From a bacterium (GTDB taxonomy: Bacteria > Actinomycetota > Acidimicrobiia > Spongiisociales > JAENVV01): 64,000 nt of DNA. The translations under genes and the position numbers were made by a program. Below are positions 1 to 10,035 of this stretch, one piece after another (the first letter of the stretch is position 1; every line of letters starts with the position of its first letter). Under the pieces are notes generated by a model. It made no database searches, was not told the DNA's origin, and saw only the letters and a program-made list of their open reading frames with translations. The DNA lies in assembly GCA_024639975.1 (NCBI GenBank), contig JAHEFX010000002.1, positions 138-64,137 of the forward strand. Reading direction: 5' to 3'.

Positions 1-1848
1 GGAGTGGTCGATGGCGCCATCGAACTCCTCGAAGGTGCCACGGTGTCCTCGTTCCTCCATGGGACCACCGTCGCCACCAACGCCCTGCTGGAGCGGCGAG
101 GCGCCCGCACGGCGCTCGTGACCGACGAGGGCCTCGCCGACATCATCGCCATCGGCCGCCAGGATCGGCCTTCGCTCTACGACTCCTTCGAGGATCGGGC
201 AGAACCGATCGTCCCCCGCGACCTTCGCTTCACCGTGCCGGCCCGGTCGTCGGCTGGGGATGACGACCTCGATGGTCTGGCGCAGGTGATCGGTGATGCC
301 GACGTGGAGGCCGTCGCCGTCTCGCTGCTCTACTCGTTCCTCGACCCGAACCGGGAAGCGGTCATCGGTGCGGCCCTCGAGTCCCTGGGGGTACCCGTCT
401 CCCTCTCGTCGGTGGTTGCGAACGAGTTCCGCGAGTACGAGCGCAGCTCCACCACGACGCTGAACGCCTTCTTGACGCCGGAGATGTCCCGATACCTCGA
501 GCGCCTGGCGGCTCGGACGAGCGAAGCCGGCCTACCAGCCGATGTCCTTGTCATGCGGTCCTCCGGTGGGCTCATGGGACTCGCCGGGGCGTCGGCCCTG
601 CCGGTCGCGGCACTCCTCTCGGGACCGGCCGGCGGTGTGGTCGCCACCGCTGCCCTGGGTGCAGCGATCGGTGATGAGCGACTGATCTCGTTCGACATGG
701 GCGGAACATCCACCGACGTCTGTCGGATCGAAGGCGGTGTGCCGGAGCAGTCCTTCGAGCGCTGGATCGGGGGCCTCCCGGTCCGGACCCCCAGCGTCGC
801 CGTGCACACGGTGGGCGCCGGCGGCGGATCGATCGGCTGGGTCGATCCCGGCGGCGCACTGCGCGTCGGGCCCCGGTCCGCCGGCGCATTCCCCGGACCC
901 GCCTCCTACGGCCGGGGCGGGTCGAAGCCCGCCGTCACCGATGCGAACGTCGCCCTCGGACGCATCCCGGCGGATGCCCGCCTCGCCGGTTCGGTGCCAC
1001 TCGACCGCGAGGCGGCCTTGGCGGCGCTGAATCGGCTCGGCGGCGAAGTCGGACTCCGGCCCCTGGAGGTGGCGGAGGGAATCATCGAGGTCGTGGAAGC
1101 CCACATGGAGCGAGCCGTCCGAACGGTGTCCGTCGAAGAGGGCGCCGATCCCCGACCGGCACGCCTGGTCGCCTTCGGTGGCGCCGGGGGCCTGCACGCC
1201 GTGGCCCTCGCCCGCCGTCTCGAGATGCGTGGCGTCGTCATCCCGCCCTTCGCCGGTGTCTTCTCGGCCGTCGGCCTCCTCCTCGCCCCGCCCCGCCACG
1301 ATGCAGCCGCCTCGGTCCACCTCGATGGCGGCGACGGCCCCGGGCTCGATCGAGCGATCGACGCCGTGGCCGAGGAAGCCCGGCTCGGTCTCCGCGGGAT
1401 GGGCGTCGAACCGAGCGAGACGGCCACCTCCGTCGACGTCAGGTACCTCGGGCAGGCCCACGAGACCTCGATCCCCTACGCGGCCGGCAGCGGCTGGGAA
1501 CGCCTCGCCCATGACTTCCACCGAAGCCACGAGGCCCGCAACGGCTTTGCCCGACGCGATGACCCCATCGAAGTGGTGACCGTCCGAGCCTCAGCCGTGG
1601 GTCGACCGGCCATGCATTGGTCGGACCTCCCCGACGTCCGACCGGATGGCGACGCCGACGCCGGGACGCTCGAGGTGCGGATCGACGGGACACTCGACCG
1701 GGTCCGTCGCGTCCGGCGGGCCGGCCTCGGTCCTGGTGACGTGGTGGAGGGCCCGGCGGTGATCGTGGAGGGCGAGGCGACGACGCTGCTGGGCCGTGGG
1801 GACACGGCGAGCGTCCACGAGAGCGGCGCGCTGGAGATCTCGTGGTGA
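1..1848 (+). CDS. hyuA: Hydantoinase/oxoprolinase family protein, A (HyuA-like) subunit; 5' end cut by the window edge
   Basis: The ORF is open to base 1. Its translation has hydantoinase_A-type motifs (GGTSTD, GAGGGS, FGGAGG). It overlaps the downstream B subunit (GTGGTGA). Confidence 0.8.
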   Translation, partial: GVVDGAIELLEGATVSSFLHGTTVATNALLERRGARTALVTDEGLADIIAIGRQDRPSLYDSFEDRAEPIVPRDLRFTVPARSSAGDDDLDGLAQVIGDADVEAVAVSLLYSFLDPNREAVIGAALESLGVPVSLSSVVANEFREYERSSTTTLNAFLTPEMSRYLERLAARTSEAGLPADVLVMRSSGGLMGLAGASALPVAALLSGPAGGVVATAALGAAIGDERLISFDMGGTSTDVCRIEGGVPEQSFERWIGGLPVRTPSVAVHTVGAGGGSIGWVDPGGALRVGPRSAGAFPGPASYGRGGSKPAVTDANVALGRIPADARLAGSVPLDREAALAALNRLGGEVGLRPLEVAEGIIEVVEAHMERAVRTVSVEEGADPRPARLVAFGGAGGLHAVALARRLEMRGVVIPPFAGVFSAVGLLLAPPRHDAAASVHLDGGDGPGLDRAIDAVAEEARLGLRGMGVEPSETATSVDVRYLGQAHETSIPYAAGSGWERLAHDFHRSHEARNGFARRDDPIEVVTVRASAVGRPAMHWSDLPDVRPDGDADAGTLEVRIDGTLDRVRRVRRAGLGPGDVVEGPAVIVEGEATTLLGRGDTASVHESGALEISW

Positions 1849-3386
1849 TCTCTTCGATCGCCCTCGAAGTCGCTCGCAATCAGCTGGCGTCGATCGCCGA
1901 GGAGATGGGTGTCGTGCTCCGGCGCACCGCCTACTCGCCGAACATCAAGGAGCGCGTCGACTGCTCCGCCGCCGTGTTCACCTCGACCGGGGAGATGCTC
2001 GCCCAGGCCGAGCACATCCCCGTCCATCTCGGCTCGATGCCCGAGTCCGTTGCCGCCGTGCTCGAGGTCTTCGGAGACCGACTGCAACTCGACGCCCAGT
2101 ACGCGGTCAACGACCCCTTCGCCGGGGGGACACACCTCAACGACCTGACCCTCGTTCGGCCCGTCGCCCACCGAGGCCGCCTCGTTGGCTTCGTCGCCAA
2201 TCGAGCCCACCACGCAGACGTCGGCGGCGAGGCACCGGGCTCGATGCCCGCCCACGCGACCACCGTCGACCAAGAGGGACATCGTGTCGCCCCGACCCTG
2301 GCCGTGATCGACGGCGCGTGGCAGGAGGCATTCCTCCGACCCTTCCTCGAAGCAACGAGGACGCCGGACGAACGACGTGGAGACCTCGCCGCCCAGCTGG
2401 GGGCCAACGAGATCGGGGCTCGCCGACTCGCCGAGGTGATCCAGCGGGAGGGCATGGAGCTGTTCGAGCGCACCACGTCGGCTCTCCTCGACTACGGCGA
2501 GCGGCGGATGGAAGCGGCCCTCTCGGCGCTCCCCGACGGCCGTTACGCGTTCGAGGACTACATGGAGCTGGGCACCGAGCTATTGCCGATCAAGGTCGAG
2601 GTCATGGTCGACGGGGGTTCTCTCCTGGCCGACTTCGCCGGTACCACCGGGCAGGTGGCTGCCAACTTCAACGCACCGGAGGCGGTGACCCGATCGGCCC
2701 TCTACTACGCAGTTCGGGTCGCCACCGACCCGACCATTCCCGCCAATGGTGGGTGCTATCGGCCCATCGAGCTCCGAGCCGAACCCGGATCGCTCGTCGC
2801 GGCCCAGCCGCCGGTCGCCGTGGCCGCCGGCAACGTGGAGACGAGCCAGCGGATCGCCGACGTCGTGCTCGGGGCACTGGCCCAGGCCGCGCCCGGGCGT
2901 GTGCCCGCCGCCTCGCAGGGCACCATGAACAACGTGCTCATCGGCAACGACCGGTTCGCCTACTACGAAACCGTGGCAGGCGGACAGGGAGCCCGGCCGG
3001 GCCGCGACGGCCAGTCGGGTATCCAGACGGGGATGACCAACACCAAGAACACCCCGATCGAATCGCTCGAGGTCCACTACCCGTTCGTCGTCGAGCGATA
3101 CGAGCTGCGGACCGGCTCGGGCGGCGCCGGTCGATGGCGCGGAGGTGACGGCATCGAGCGGGTCCTGCGATTCACCGAGGAGGCGACGGTCTCCCTGATG
3201 GGCGAGCGACGGCTGCGGGGTCCCTGGGGTCTCGACGGCGGTGCTGACGGTGCCCCCGGCGAGGACTGGTTGGAGCGATCGAGCGGGACACGCGAGCGGT
3301 TGCCCGGCAAGGTGACCGTCGAGGTGGTGCCCGGTGACCGGCTGGTGGTCAGGACCCCGGGGGGCGGCGGCCACGGTCGGGCCTGA
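1842..3386 (+). CDS. hyuB: Hydantoinase B/oxoprolinase family protein (HyuB-like)
   Basis: The 514-aa ORF contains 'AYSPNIKERxDxS', 'HIPVHLGSM', 'NDPFxGGTHLND' and 'GMTNTKNTP', typical of hydantoinase B. It is translationally coupled to hyuA. The start is GTG at 1842 or 1845. Confidence 0.85.
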   Translation: MVISSIALEVARNQLASIAEEMGVVLRRTAYSPNIKERVDCSAAVFTSTGEMLAQAEHIPVHLGSMPESVAAVLEVFGDRLQLDAQYAVNDPFAGGTHLNDLTLVRPVAHRGRLVGFVANRAHHADVGGEAPGSMPAHATTVDQEGHRVAPTLAVIDGAWQEAFLRPFLEATRTPDERRGDLAAQLGANEIGARRLAEVIQREGMELFERTTSALLDYGERRMEAALSALPDGRYAFEDYMELGTELLPIKVEVMVDGGSLLADFAGTTGQVAANFNAPEAVTRSALYYAVRVATDPTIPANGGCYRPIELRAEPGSLVAAQPPVAVAAGNVETSQRIADVVLGALAQAAPGRVPAASQGTMNNVLIGNDRFAYYETVAGGQGARPGRDGQSGIQTGMTNTKNTPIESLEVHYPFVVERYELRTGSGGAGRWRGGDGIERVLRFTEEATVSLMGERRLRGPWGLDGGADGAPGEDWLERSSGTRERLPGKVTVEVVPGDRLVVRTPGGGGHGRA

Positions 3387-4130
3387 TCAGCGGATCCTGA
3401 GCTCCCCGATGGTGGCATGGGTGACCCAGATCTCCTCGCCCCGGTGCTCGATCACCGGGAGGATCGGCTCCGTCGAACCATCCGGCACGAGTGCCGCCTC
3501 CTCGGCGCTCTCGAAGGCCCCGAGTGCCTCCAGGTTGGCCCGTGTCGGTGGCATCACCGCAACCTCTCCTCGGTCGGCCCGCGAGAGCGCCTCCATCGGC
3601 GTGACCCACATTGAGTCGGACATCTCGACGCCGTCGTGGTCGGGTACCTGGTCGGTGGGGGCGACCGCCCGGTAGAACCAGGTGTCGAATCGACGTGGTT
3701 CCGCCTCGGGGGTGATCCAGCGGCTGGCGACGCCCAGGTGGGCCACGGAGAGCACCACACCGTGCCCTTGCAGCCACGGCCGCCAGTCGAAGGCATCCGA
3801 CCGGTCGTGCAGGCGGGCCCGCACCCGTGCTGCGTCGTCGTCGAGGAAGTCGGGTGGGAGGGGCCCGCCGGCCATCGTGCCCAGGAGCACGCCGGCCTCC
3901 TCGAACACCTCGCGGACAGCGGCGATCCGCAGTCCGAGATCGGGGAGTTGTGCCCCGTCGGTCAGGCCGCCGCCGGGGTCGGCGTCCCAGGGGTCGAGCT
4001 TCCCCCCGGGGAACACGTAGGCACCGGCCATGAAGGCCGCACCGGAACCGCGGCGTTGCATGAACACCTCGATCCCCTCCGTCGAGTCCCGGAGGAGCAG
4101 GACGGTGGCGGCGTCGTGCACGTCTGGCAT
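3387..4130 (-). CDS. NUDIX hydrolase
   Basis: A Nudix box is present (GGKLDPWD...REVFEEAGVLL). I take the start at the internal ATG (4130), which lies 7 nt downstream of a TAGCGT -10-like hexamer. The longer ORF to 4310 has an Arg/Ser-rich, non-homologous N-terminus. Confidence 0.8.
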   Translation of the reverse strand: MPDVHDAATVLLLRDSTEGIEVFMQRRGSGAAFMAGAYVFPGGKLDPWDADPGGGLTDGAQLPDLGLRIAAVREVFEEAGVLLGTMAGGPLPPDFLDDDAARVRARLHDRSDAFDWRPWLQGHGVVLSVAHLGVASRWITPEAEPRRFDTWFYRAVAPTDQVPDHDGVEMSDSMWVTPMEALSRADRGEVAVMPPTRANLEALGAFESAEEAALVPDGSTEPILPVIEHRGEEIWVTHATIGELRIR

Positions 4131-4167
4131 GGGCCGGACGCTACGCGCCCTCCCTACGATCCCCGGC

Positions 4168-4848
4168 ATGATCAGCGTGGTGGAGCCCGACCCGTTCTGC
4201 CCACCGGCTCTGGTGGCGGAGGCCATCGACGCGCGGGGCCTCTGCTGGGAGCTGGTGCGGTCCCACATCGGCGAGGCTCCCTCGGCCGCTTCAACGGCAC
4301 TCATCATCATGGGCGGCCGACAGGGTGCCTACGAGGAGGACCGGGACCCCACGCTGCGGGCAATCAAACAGTGGATCCGGGACTTCACGGATGCAGGCAA
4401 GCCGGTCCTGGGCATCTGCCTCGGTGCCCAACTCATCGCCGACGCCCTCGGGGGAAGGGCCTTCAAGGCCGACTCCCCGGAGGTGGGCCTGCTCCCGGTC
4501 GAGATCGTGGCCGACGACCCACTCGCACCCTTCCTCGCCGGGGAATGGCTGTTCCACCACCAGGACACGTTCGACCTGCCCCTCGGAGCCGAGCTCAAGG
4601 CGTCTGCCGGCTTTCCGGCCGTGTTCCGGGTCGGCTCGGCGACGGCGGTCCAGTTCCATCCCGAGGTCACCGCCGACCTTCTCGGCACCTGGCTCGGCGC
4701 CAGCAAGCTCGTCGCGGCGGCCGGGGTCGCCGCAACGGACCTGACCTCGTGCTGGGCTGGGAGCGATGCCGATAGGACGGCTCGCGGGAGGGCGCTCATC
4801 GGTGCCTGGATCGACCGCGAGGTCGGTGGTCCGGCAACCGGCCCGTAG
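4168..4848 (+). CDS. Class I glutamine amidotransferase-like protein (GMP-synthase-type GATase domain)
   Basis: The motif 'PVLGICLGAQLIADALGG' carries the nucleophile Cys, followed by 'QFHPE'. ATG 4168 lies 7 nt after TACGAT. Confidence 0.8.
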   Translation: MISVVEPDPFCPPALVAEAIDARGLCWELVRSHIGEAPSAASTALIIMGGRQGAYEEDRDPTLRAIKQWIRDFTDAGKPVLGICLGAQLIADALGGRAFKADSPEVGLLPVEIVADDPLAPFLAGEWLFHHQDTFDLPLGAELKASAGFPAVFRVGSATAVQFHPEVTADLLGTWLGASKLVAAAGVAATDLTSCWAGSDADRTARGRALIGAWIDREVGGPATGP

Positions 4849-4910
4849 CCCGTTCCCATTGTGCGCATAGGAGGGCGGCTTCTAACCTTGTCTCCCGTGA
4901 GGGGACTCCA

Positions 4911-6005
4911 ATGAAACGCGGTATTTGGGTCGCGCTCGGCGTGCTGTTGCTCGTCGTGGCCGGCGGTGCCGTCGCGTGGTCCGCTCTCGACCCCCTCGGC
5001 TCCGAGGACTACGACCCCCAAGGGGCTTCCCGGGCCCTCGCAGACATCCCCGACGACGTCCGCGAATCCATCGCCGACGACGTCGAGGCGAACGAGTCCG
5101 CCGAAGCGACGATCCCGGTCGAGGTCCAGGATCGCCAACTCGAGCCGTTCGAGCTGCCATCGACCGACAACCCCAACACGATCTCGCCGCCGCTGCCCGA
5201 CGACATGTTCGACTCGTACCTGTTGATCGGCACCGATGCATCCGGCCTGCGGGCCGACGTCATCATCGATGTCCTGGTCCCCGCGGACGGGTCCGACCCG
5301 ATCCTCGCATCGATCCCCCGTGACCTTTTCGTCGAGAACCCCTGCACCGAGCGGTACAGCCGCATCAACGCCACGCTCAACGGCTGCGCCGACATCGTCT
5401 CCGGTACGACCCTCCTCTCGGTGGCAGTCGAGCAGTTCACCGGCATCGAGGTCGACGCCTTCGCCGTCGTGGACTTCGACGGCTTCGAGAACATCGTCGA
5501 CGCGGTCGGCGGGGTGGAGATCTGCTTCGAGTATCCGACACGGGACTCCGACGCGAACCTCGACGTCGATGCCGGCTGTCAGATCCTCGACGGCGCCGAC
5601 GCCCTCGCCTGGGCCAGGTCCCGCAAGACGCTCGAGCTGCGCGACGGCTCCTGGCGGGGGATCGGCGCCGACGACTTCTCACGTCAGTCCAACCAGCAGG
5701 AGCTCCTGTTCGCCCTCGCCGATCGGGTCGCATCGTTCGGCACCCTCAGGTCGCTGACGGCGCTTGCCGAAGCGACCGCCGACGCCGTCACGCTCTCCGA
5801 GGGATTCGGTCTGACCGAAGCGGTCGGCCTCGCCTGGCAGTACCGGGACATCGATTCGTCCGAGGTGCCGCGCGTCACGCTCGAGACCGAGCACTTCGTG
5901 ACCGACTACGGGGCCTATGTCCTGGAGCCGACCCGGTCGTTCAACGAGATCCTTGCCGAGATCTACCCCGAGGCACTCCGCGAGGTCATCGCCGCCGACT
6001 CCTAG
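4911..6005 (+). CDS. LytR-CpsA-Psr (LCP) family cell-envelope protein
   Basis: There is an N-terminal TM helix. The LCP core reads 'YLLIGTDASGLRADVIIDVLVP...SIPRDLFV...RINAT' with a later 'ALAWARSRK'. An SD (GAGGGG) precedes the ATG. Confidence 0.8.
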   Translation: MKRGIWVALGVLLLVVAGGAVAWSALDPLGSEDYDPQGASRALADIPDDVRESIADDVEANESAEATIPVEVQDRQLEPFELPSTDNPNTISPPLPDDMFDSYLLIGTDASGLRADVIIDVLVPADGSDPILASIPRDLFVENPCTERYSRINATLNGCADIVSGTTLLSVAVEQFTGIEVDAFAVVDFDGFENIVDAVGGVEICFEYPTRDSDANLDVDAGCQILDGADALAWARSRKTLELRDGSWRGIGADDFSRQSNQQELLFALADRVASFGTLRSLTALAEATADAVTLSEGFGLTEAVGLAWQYRDIDSSEVPRVTLETEHFVTDYGAYVLEPTRSFNEILAEIYPEALREVIAADS

Positions 6006-7423
6006 AGGATCGCGGCCGGCGAGTACGCCGCCGCTTCCGGGTACCGGTCGGCGAGGCGTCCGACCCGTTCGGAGAACCCGTCCACCTGATCGCCTGCGCG
6101 CCCGGTGAACGATGCCGGCCCACCCATCACCGCGACGATCGTCGCGTCGTCGAGCGGGATGGAAGGGTCGGCCGCCACGGAGCCGAGGAACGGGTTCTCC
6201 CCGTCGGACGCCTCCCGCAGGTGACGAGCGGCGGCGATCGCGTGTCCCTTGATGGCGGCGTGGGCCTCCTCACGGCCCATCCCGGCCTTCACGGCGGCCA
6301 TCAGGAGCTTCGTCGTGGCGAGGAAGGGCAGGTACGTGTCCAACTCGCGCGAGATGACGGCGGGGTAGGCGCCGAACTCGTCCAGGACCGTCAGGAGGGT
6401 CTCGAACAGACCGTCGATGGCGAACATCGCATCGGGGAGTACCACGCGGCGGACCACCGAACAGGATACGTCACCTTCGTTCCACTGGTTGCCGACGAGT
6501 CCCGCGGCCATGGTCCCGTGGCCCTTCAGGATCGTCGTGAACCCCGTGATCCGCTCCGAGCTGCGGGCGTTCATCTTGTGCGGCATGGCCGACGAACCCA
6601 CCTGTCCCTCGGCGAAACCCTCGGTGGCCAGATCGGCCCCCGCCATGAGACGGATCGTCGTGGCCAGGTTGGCCGGACCCGAGGCGAGCTGGACCAGCGA
6701 GGTCACGACCTCGTAGTCGATGCTCCGTGGGTAGACCTGGCCGACGCTCCCGAGGCTGGTCGAGAAGCCGAGCCCGGCGGCGGTCCGCCGCTCCAGCTCG
6801 TCGACCTTCCGCCGGTCGCCCTCGAAGAGGTCGAGGAGGTCCTGCTGCGTCCCGACCGGTCCCTTGAGACCACGCAGTGGGTAGGTCTCCAACAGGTGCT
6901 CGATGCGATCCAGGGCCACCAGCAGTTCCTCACCGGCATTCGCGAACCGCTTCCCGAGCGTCGTGGCCTGGGCGGGCACGTTGTGGCTCCGGCCCGAGAT
7001 GACCAGGTCCCGGTACTGGTCGGCACGGGCCGCCAATCGGACGAGGGCGGCGACGGCCCTGTCGCGAACCAACACGAGCGACCGACGGACCTGCATCTGC
7101 TCGACGTTCTCGGTGAGGTCCCGCGAGGTGAGCCCTTTGTGCACCTGCTCGTGGCCGGCGAGGGCGTTGAACTCCTCGATCCGTGCCTTCACGTCGTGGC
7201 GGGTGACGCGCTCACGGGCGGCGATGGATGCCAGGTCGACACGGTCGACGGCGGCCTCGTAGGCGGCGACGGCCCCGTCGGGAACCTCGAGACCCAGGTC
7301 GGCCTGCGCCGACAGCACCGAGAGCCAGAAGCGGCGCTCGGCCCGGACCTTCGACTCGGGCGACCAGATGTCGCGCATCGCGGCGGACGCGTAGCGCTCG
7401 GCGAGGACGTTCGGGACGGTCAC
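6002..7423 (-). CDS. purB: Adenylosuccinate lyase
   Basis: The translation begins (V)TVPNVLAERYAS..MRDIWSPESK, and the fumarate-lyase signature 'GSSAMPHKMN' is present. I take the start at GTG 7423, 7 nt after TACGCT, rather than the long ORF start at 7618. Confidence 0.9.
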   Translation of the reverse strand: MTVPNVLAERYASAAMRDIWSPESKVRAERRFWLSVLSAQADLGLEVPDGAVAAYEAAVDRVDLASIAARERVTRHDVKARIEEFNALAGHEQVHKGLTSRDLTENVEQMQVRRSLVLVRDRAVAALVRLAARADQYRDLVISGRSHNVPAQATTLGKRFANAGEELLVALDRIEHLLETYPLRGLKGPVGTQQDLLDLFEGDRRKVDELERRTAAGLGFSTSLGSVGQVYPRSIDYEVVTSLVQLASGPANLATTIRLMAGADLATEGFAEGQVGSSAMPHKMNARSSERITGFTTILKGHGTMAAGLVGNQWNEGDVSCSVVRRVVLPDAMFAIDGLFETLLTVLDEFGAYPAVISRELDTYLPFLATTKLLMAAVKAGMGREEAHAAIKGHAIAAARHLREASDGENPFLGSVAADPSIPLDDATIVAVMGGPASFTGRAGDQVDGFSERVGRLADRYPEAAAYSPAAIL

Positions 7424-7475
7424 GACGGCCAGCGTACCGGCGTACGATCGGTGTCCCAGCTCCAGGAGGCCTCGC

Positions 7476-7802
7476 ATGATCATCGTCAACACCGAGCAGG
7501 TACCGGGGTACCGGATCACCCAGGTGAAGGGCCTGGCCCAGGGGAACACCATCCGGGCCAAGCACATCGGCCGGGACATCGGCGCCGGGTTGAAGAACCT
7601 CGTCGGGGGCGAGCTCACCGGCTACACGGAGCTGCTGTCCGAGTCCCGCGAGCAGGCGACCGCCCGGATGAAGGAGGTGGCCGCTGCGATGGGTGCCAAC
7701 GCCATCGTGAACGTGCGCTTCACGACTTCGTCGGTCGCCTCGGGTGCCGCCGAGCTCTATGCCTATGGGACGGCGGTGGTCGTCGTGGCGGAGGGCGACT
7801 GA
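7476..7802 (+). CDS. YbjQ/UPF0145 family (heavy-metal-binding-domain-like) protein
   Basis: The 108-aa product reads 'TTEQVPGYRI..V.G...G..IRAKHIGRDIGAGLKNLVGGEL.GYTELL...R..A..RM...A..MGANAIVNVRF', typical of UPF0145. An AGGAGG SD is present. Confidence 0.8.
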   Translation: MIIVNTEQVPGYRITQVKGLAQGNTIRAKHIGRDIGAGLKNLVGGELTGYTELLSESREQATARMKEVAAAMGANAIVNVRFTTSSVASGAAELYAYGTAVVVVAEGD

Positions 7803-8278
7803 TGCCCTGGTGGGCCTCACTCATCATCTGGCTGTTCGTCATCATCCCCCTCGTCGGGGTGGCGATCGCCGCCGTCGTCGCCCCCATCCTCGAGCGCCGG
7901 CACCTGGTCGACCTGGGGGAGCGAGAGGCGGCCGTCGAAGGGATGACCGTCCATGACCTGTCCTCTGCCGTGGTCGAGGCGGGCCCGGTCCACCCGCAGA
8001 TGGTGACCGGCTCGGCGGTCATGGGGGTCGACTGGTGGAAGGGGTTCATGCTGTTCCTGGTGAACATCGTCGGTGGTGACGTCCCCAGTGTCGATCGGGT
8101 GACGACGCGGGCCCGGAGGGAAGCGATCCTCCGGATGACCGAGGAGGCGAGCGCGCTCGGTGCGGTCGAGGTCGTCAACACTCGGATCGAGACTTCCACG
8201 ATCACCAATCGGAAGGGCAACTCGGGCAAGGGGAGTGGCGAGATCCTCGTCCACGGAACGGCCCTCGTTCCCCGGTGA
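7802..8278 (+). CDS. Membrane-anchored YbjQ-like domain protein
   Basis: The start overlaps the stop of the preceding gene (ATGA). An N-terminal TM helix (LIIWLFVIIPLVGVAIAAVV) is followed by a divergent YbjQ-like domain (..REAILRMTEEASALGAVEVVNTRIE..). Confidence 0.65.
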   Translation: MPWWASLIIWLFVIIPLVGVAIAAVVAPILERRHLVDLGEREAAVEGMTVHDLSSAVVEAGPVHPQMVTGSAVMGVDWWKGFMLFLVNIVGGDVPSVDRVTTRARREAILRMTEEASALGAVEVVNTRIETSTITNRKGNSGKGSGEILVHGTALVPR

Positions 8279-9465
8279 GGAGGATCGGCGCGGATCGGGC
8301 CCGGAGGCTCGTCCTCGGGGCCCAGGGCTTCGGGCGACCCCGTCCGGCCGGGCGCCCGGATCGCCGTCATGTGCGCCGGGCGATGGAGGACATGCGGGTC
8401 CTCCAACTGGACTCGGTGAACGTGTGCGTACGGTCCCACTACATGCCGCTGTTCAGTCGACTCGGCCCCTACCGACGGGAACTCATCGACGAACTCACCT
8501 ATCGGGACCGCGAGTACTTCGAGTACTGGGGTCACGAGGCATCCTTCGTGCCGGCGCGGCTCTACTCGGCCATGCGCCATCGAATGGAGCGGATCGGTCG
8601 TTGGAAGTCCGTCCGATCGATGATGGAGGAGCATCCCGGCTTCGTCGAGGCGGTGGAGCACGAGGTGCTCACCCAGGGCCCACTCACGGTCGGCGACCTC
8701 AACGACCCCGGCGAGCGAACCGGCCCGTGGTGGGGGTACGGCAAGGGCAAGCTCGCCCTCGAGTACCTCTTCGCCAAGGGAAGGATCGCCGTCGACCGCC
8801 GGGAGAGGTTCACCCGGTTCTACGGAGACCCGGCAGCCGTTGTGCCCGCCGATCATTTCGGGGCCGAGCCGATCCCGACGGAGGAGGCGTTCCGGCTACT
8901 CGTCCTCGACGGCCTCAAGGGACTCGGCGTGGGCACTGCCGAGGACATCGGTGACTACTGGCGGCTCCACATGCCCACCCTCCGGCCGATCCTCGAGGTG
9001 ATGGTCGAAGCCGGTGACATCGAGGAGGTCGAAGTCGAAGGATGGGGCCGCCCCGCTTTCCTCGACCCGGGCGCCACGTTCCCGCGTTCGATCGACGCCC
9101 AGGCCCTGCTGACACCGTTCGACCCGGTCGTCTGGAATCGCGATCGCGCCCTCCGGGTGTTCGACTTCCACTACCGCATCGAGATCTATGTACCCGAGCC
9201 GAAGCGCCAGTACGGCTACTACGTGTACCCATTCCTCCTCGGTGACGACCTGGTCGGCCGGGTCGACCTCAAGTCCCATCGCGACCGGGGTGTCCTCGAA
9301 GCCAGGGCCTCGTGGATCGAGGACGGCGAAGACCCGCTGCGGGTCGCGCCAGCGATGGCGACAGAGCTCCAACTCATGGCCGAGTGGCTGGGTCTCGGTG
9401 ACGTCGAAGTGGCTACCAAAGGCACACTTGCCCCGGCCCTTCGCTCCGAAGTGTCGAGGTACTGA
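8275..9465 (+). CDS. YcaQ/AlkZ-like winged-helix DNA glycosylase family protein (DUF1006)
   Basis: The 396-aa product has 'LQLDSVNV..RSHYMPLFSRLGPY', 'EYWGHEAS' and 'YGYYVYPFL', matching my recollection of the YcaQ family. The GTG start overlaps the upstream stop. Confidence 0.7.
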   Translation: MRRIGADRARRLVLGAQGFGRPRPAGRPDRRHVRRAMEDMRVLQLDSVNVCVRSHYMPLFSRLGPYRRELIDELTYRDREYFEYWGHEASFVPARLYSAMRHRMERIGRWKSVRSMMEEHPGFVEAVEHEVLTQGPLTVGDLNDPGERTGPWWGYGKGKLALEYLFAKGRIAVDRRERFTRFYGDPAAVVPADHFGAEPIPTEEAFRLLVLDGLKGLGVGTAEDIGDYWRLHMPTLRPILEVMVEAGDIEEVEVEGWGRPAFLDPGATFPRSIDAQALLTPFDPVVWNRDRALRVFDFHYRIEIYVPEPKRQYGYYVYPFLLGDDLVGRVDLKSHRDRGVLEARASWIEDGEDPLRVAPAMATELQLMAEWLGLGDVEVATKGTLAPALRSEVSRY

Positions 9466-9475
9466 AGACCCCCCT

Positions 9476-9498
9476 CCCGCCCGGCTCCGCCGGGCGGG
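9476..9498. terminator. GC-rich hairpin in a convergent intergenic region (CCCGCCCGG-ctccg-CCGGGCGGG)
   Basis: A perfect 9-bp stem lies 10 nt after the stop of the YcaQ-like gene. A second small hairpin (ATCCCCC-ctgc-GGGGGAT) follows. Confidence 0.55.
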
Positions 9499-9556
9499 GC
9501 CCATCCCCCCTGCGGGGGATCCCTCACTGTCTCGAGTAGTTGAGTAGTCGAGTACC

Positions 9557-9573
9557 GACCGGCGAAGCCGGTC
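9557..9573 (-). terminator. Hairpin immediately downstream of purE (GACCGGC-gaa-GCCGGTC)
   Basis: A perfect 7-bp stem abuts the purE stop codon (9574). Confidence 0.45.
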
Positions 9574-10035
9574 CTACCCCGCCAGCGTCTTCTGGCGGAG
9601 CTCGGCGCGGTATTCGATGAGCTTCTCGCGCAGCGCCGGGTCGGCGGTGGCAAGGATCTGGACGGCGAGGAGGGCGGCGTTGGTCGAGCCGTCGATGGCG
9701 ACGGTGGCCACGGGGATACCGGTGGGCATCTGCACCGTCGCCAGCAATGAGTCCATCCCGTCCAGCGAGGCGTTGATCGGAACGCCGATCACGGGAAGGA
9801 GGCTCTTGGCCGCCATCACCCCACCGAGGTGCGCGGCCTTGCCGGCACCGGCGATGATCACGCCGAATCCGTTCGCCTCGGCTCCTTCGGCAAAGGCGAT
9901 CGCGTCATCGGGTGTCTTGTGCGCCGACAACACCCGCATGTCGGATTCGATGCCGAAGCGGTCGAGGATCGCCACCGCCTTCTCCATGACCGGCCGGTCG
10001 GAGCCCGACCCCATCACGATTGCCACCTTGCTCAT
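9574..10035 (-). CDS. purE: N5-carboxyaminoimidazole ribonucleotide mutase
   Basis: '[15 protein letters not shown]', 'VLSAHKTPD' and '[27 protein letters not shown]' are classic PurE motifs. The ATG overlaps the purD stop. Confidence 0.95.
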   Translation of the reverse strand: MSKVAIVMGSGSDRPVMEKAVAILDRFGIESDMRVLSAHKTPDDAIAFAEGAEANGFGVIIAGAGKAAHLGGVMAAKSLLPVIGVPINASLDGMDSLLATVQMPTGIPVATVAIDGSTNAALLAVQILATADPALREKLIEYRAELRQKTLAG

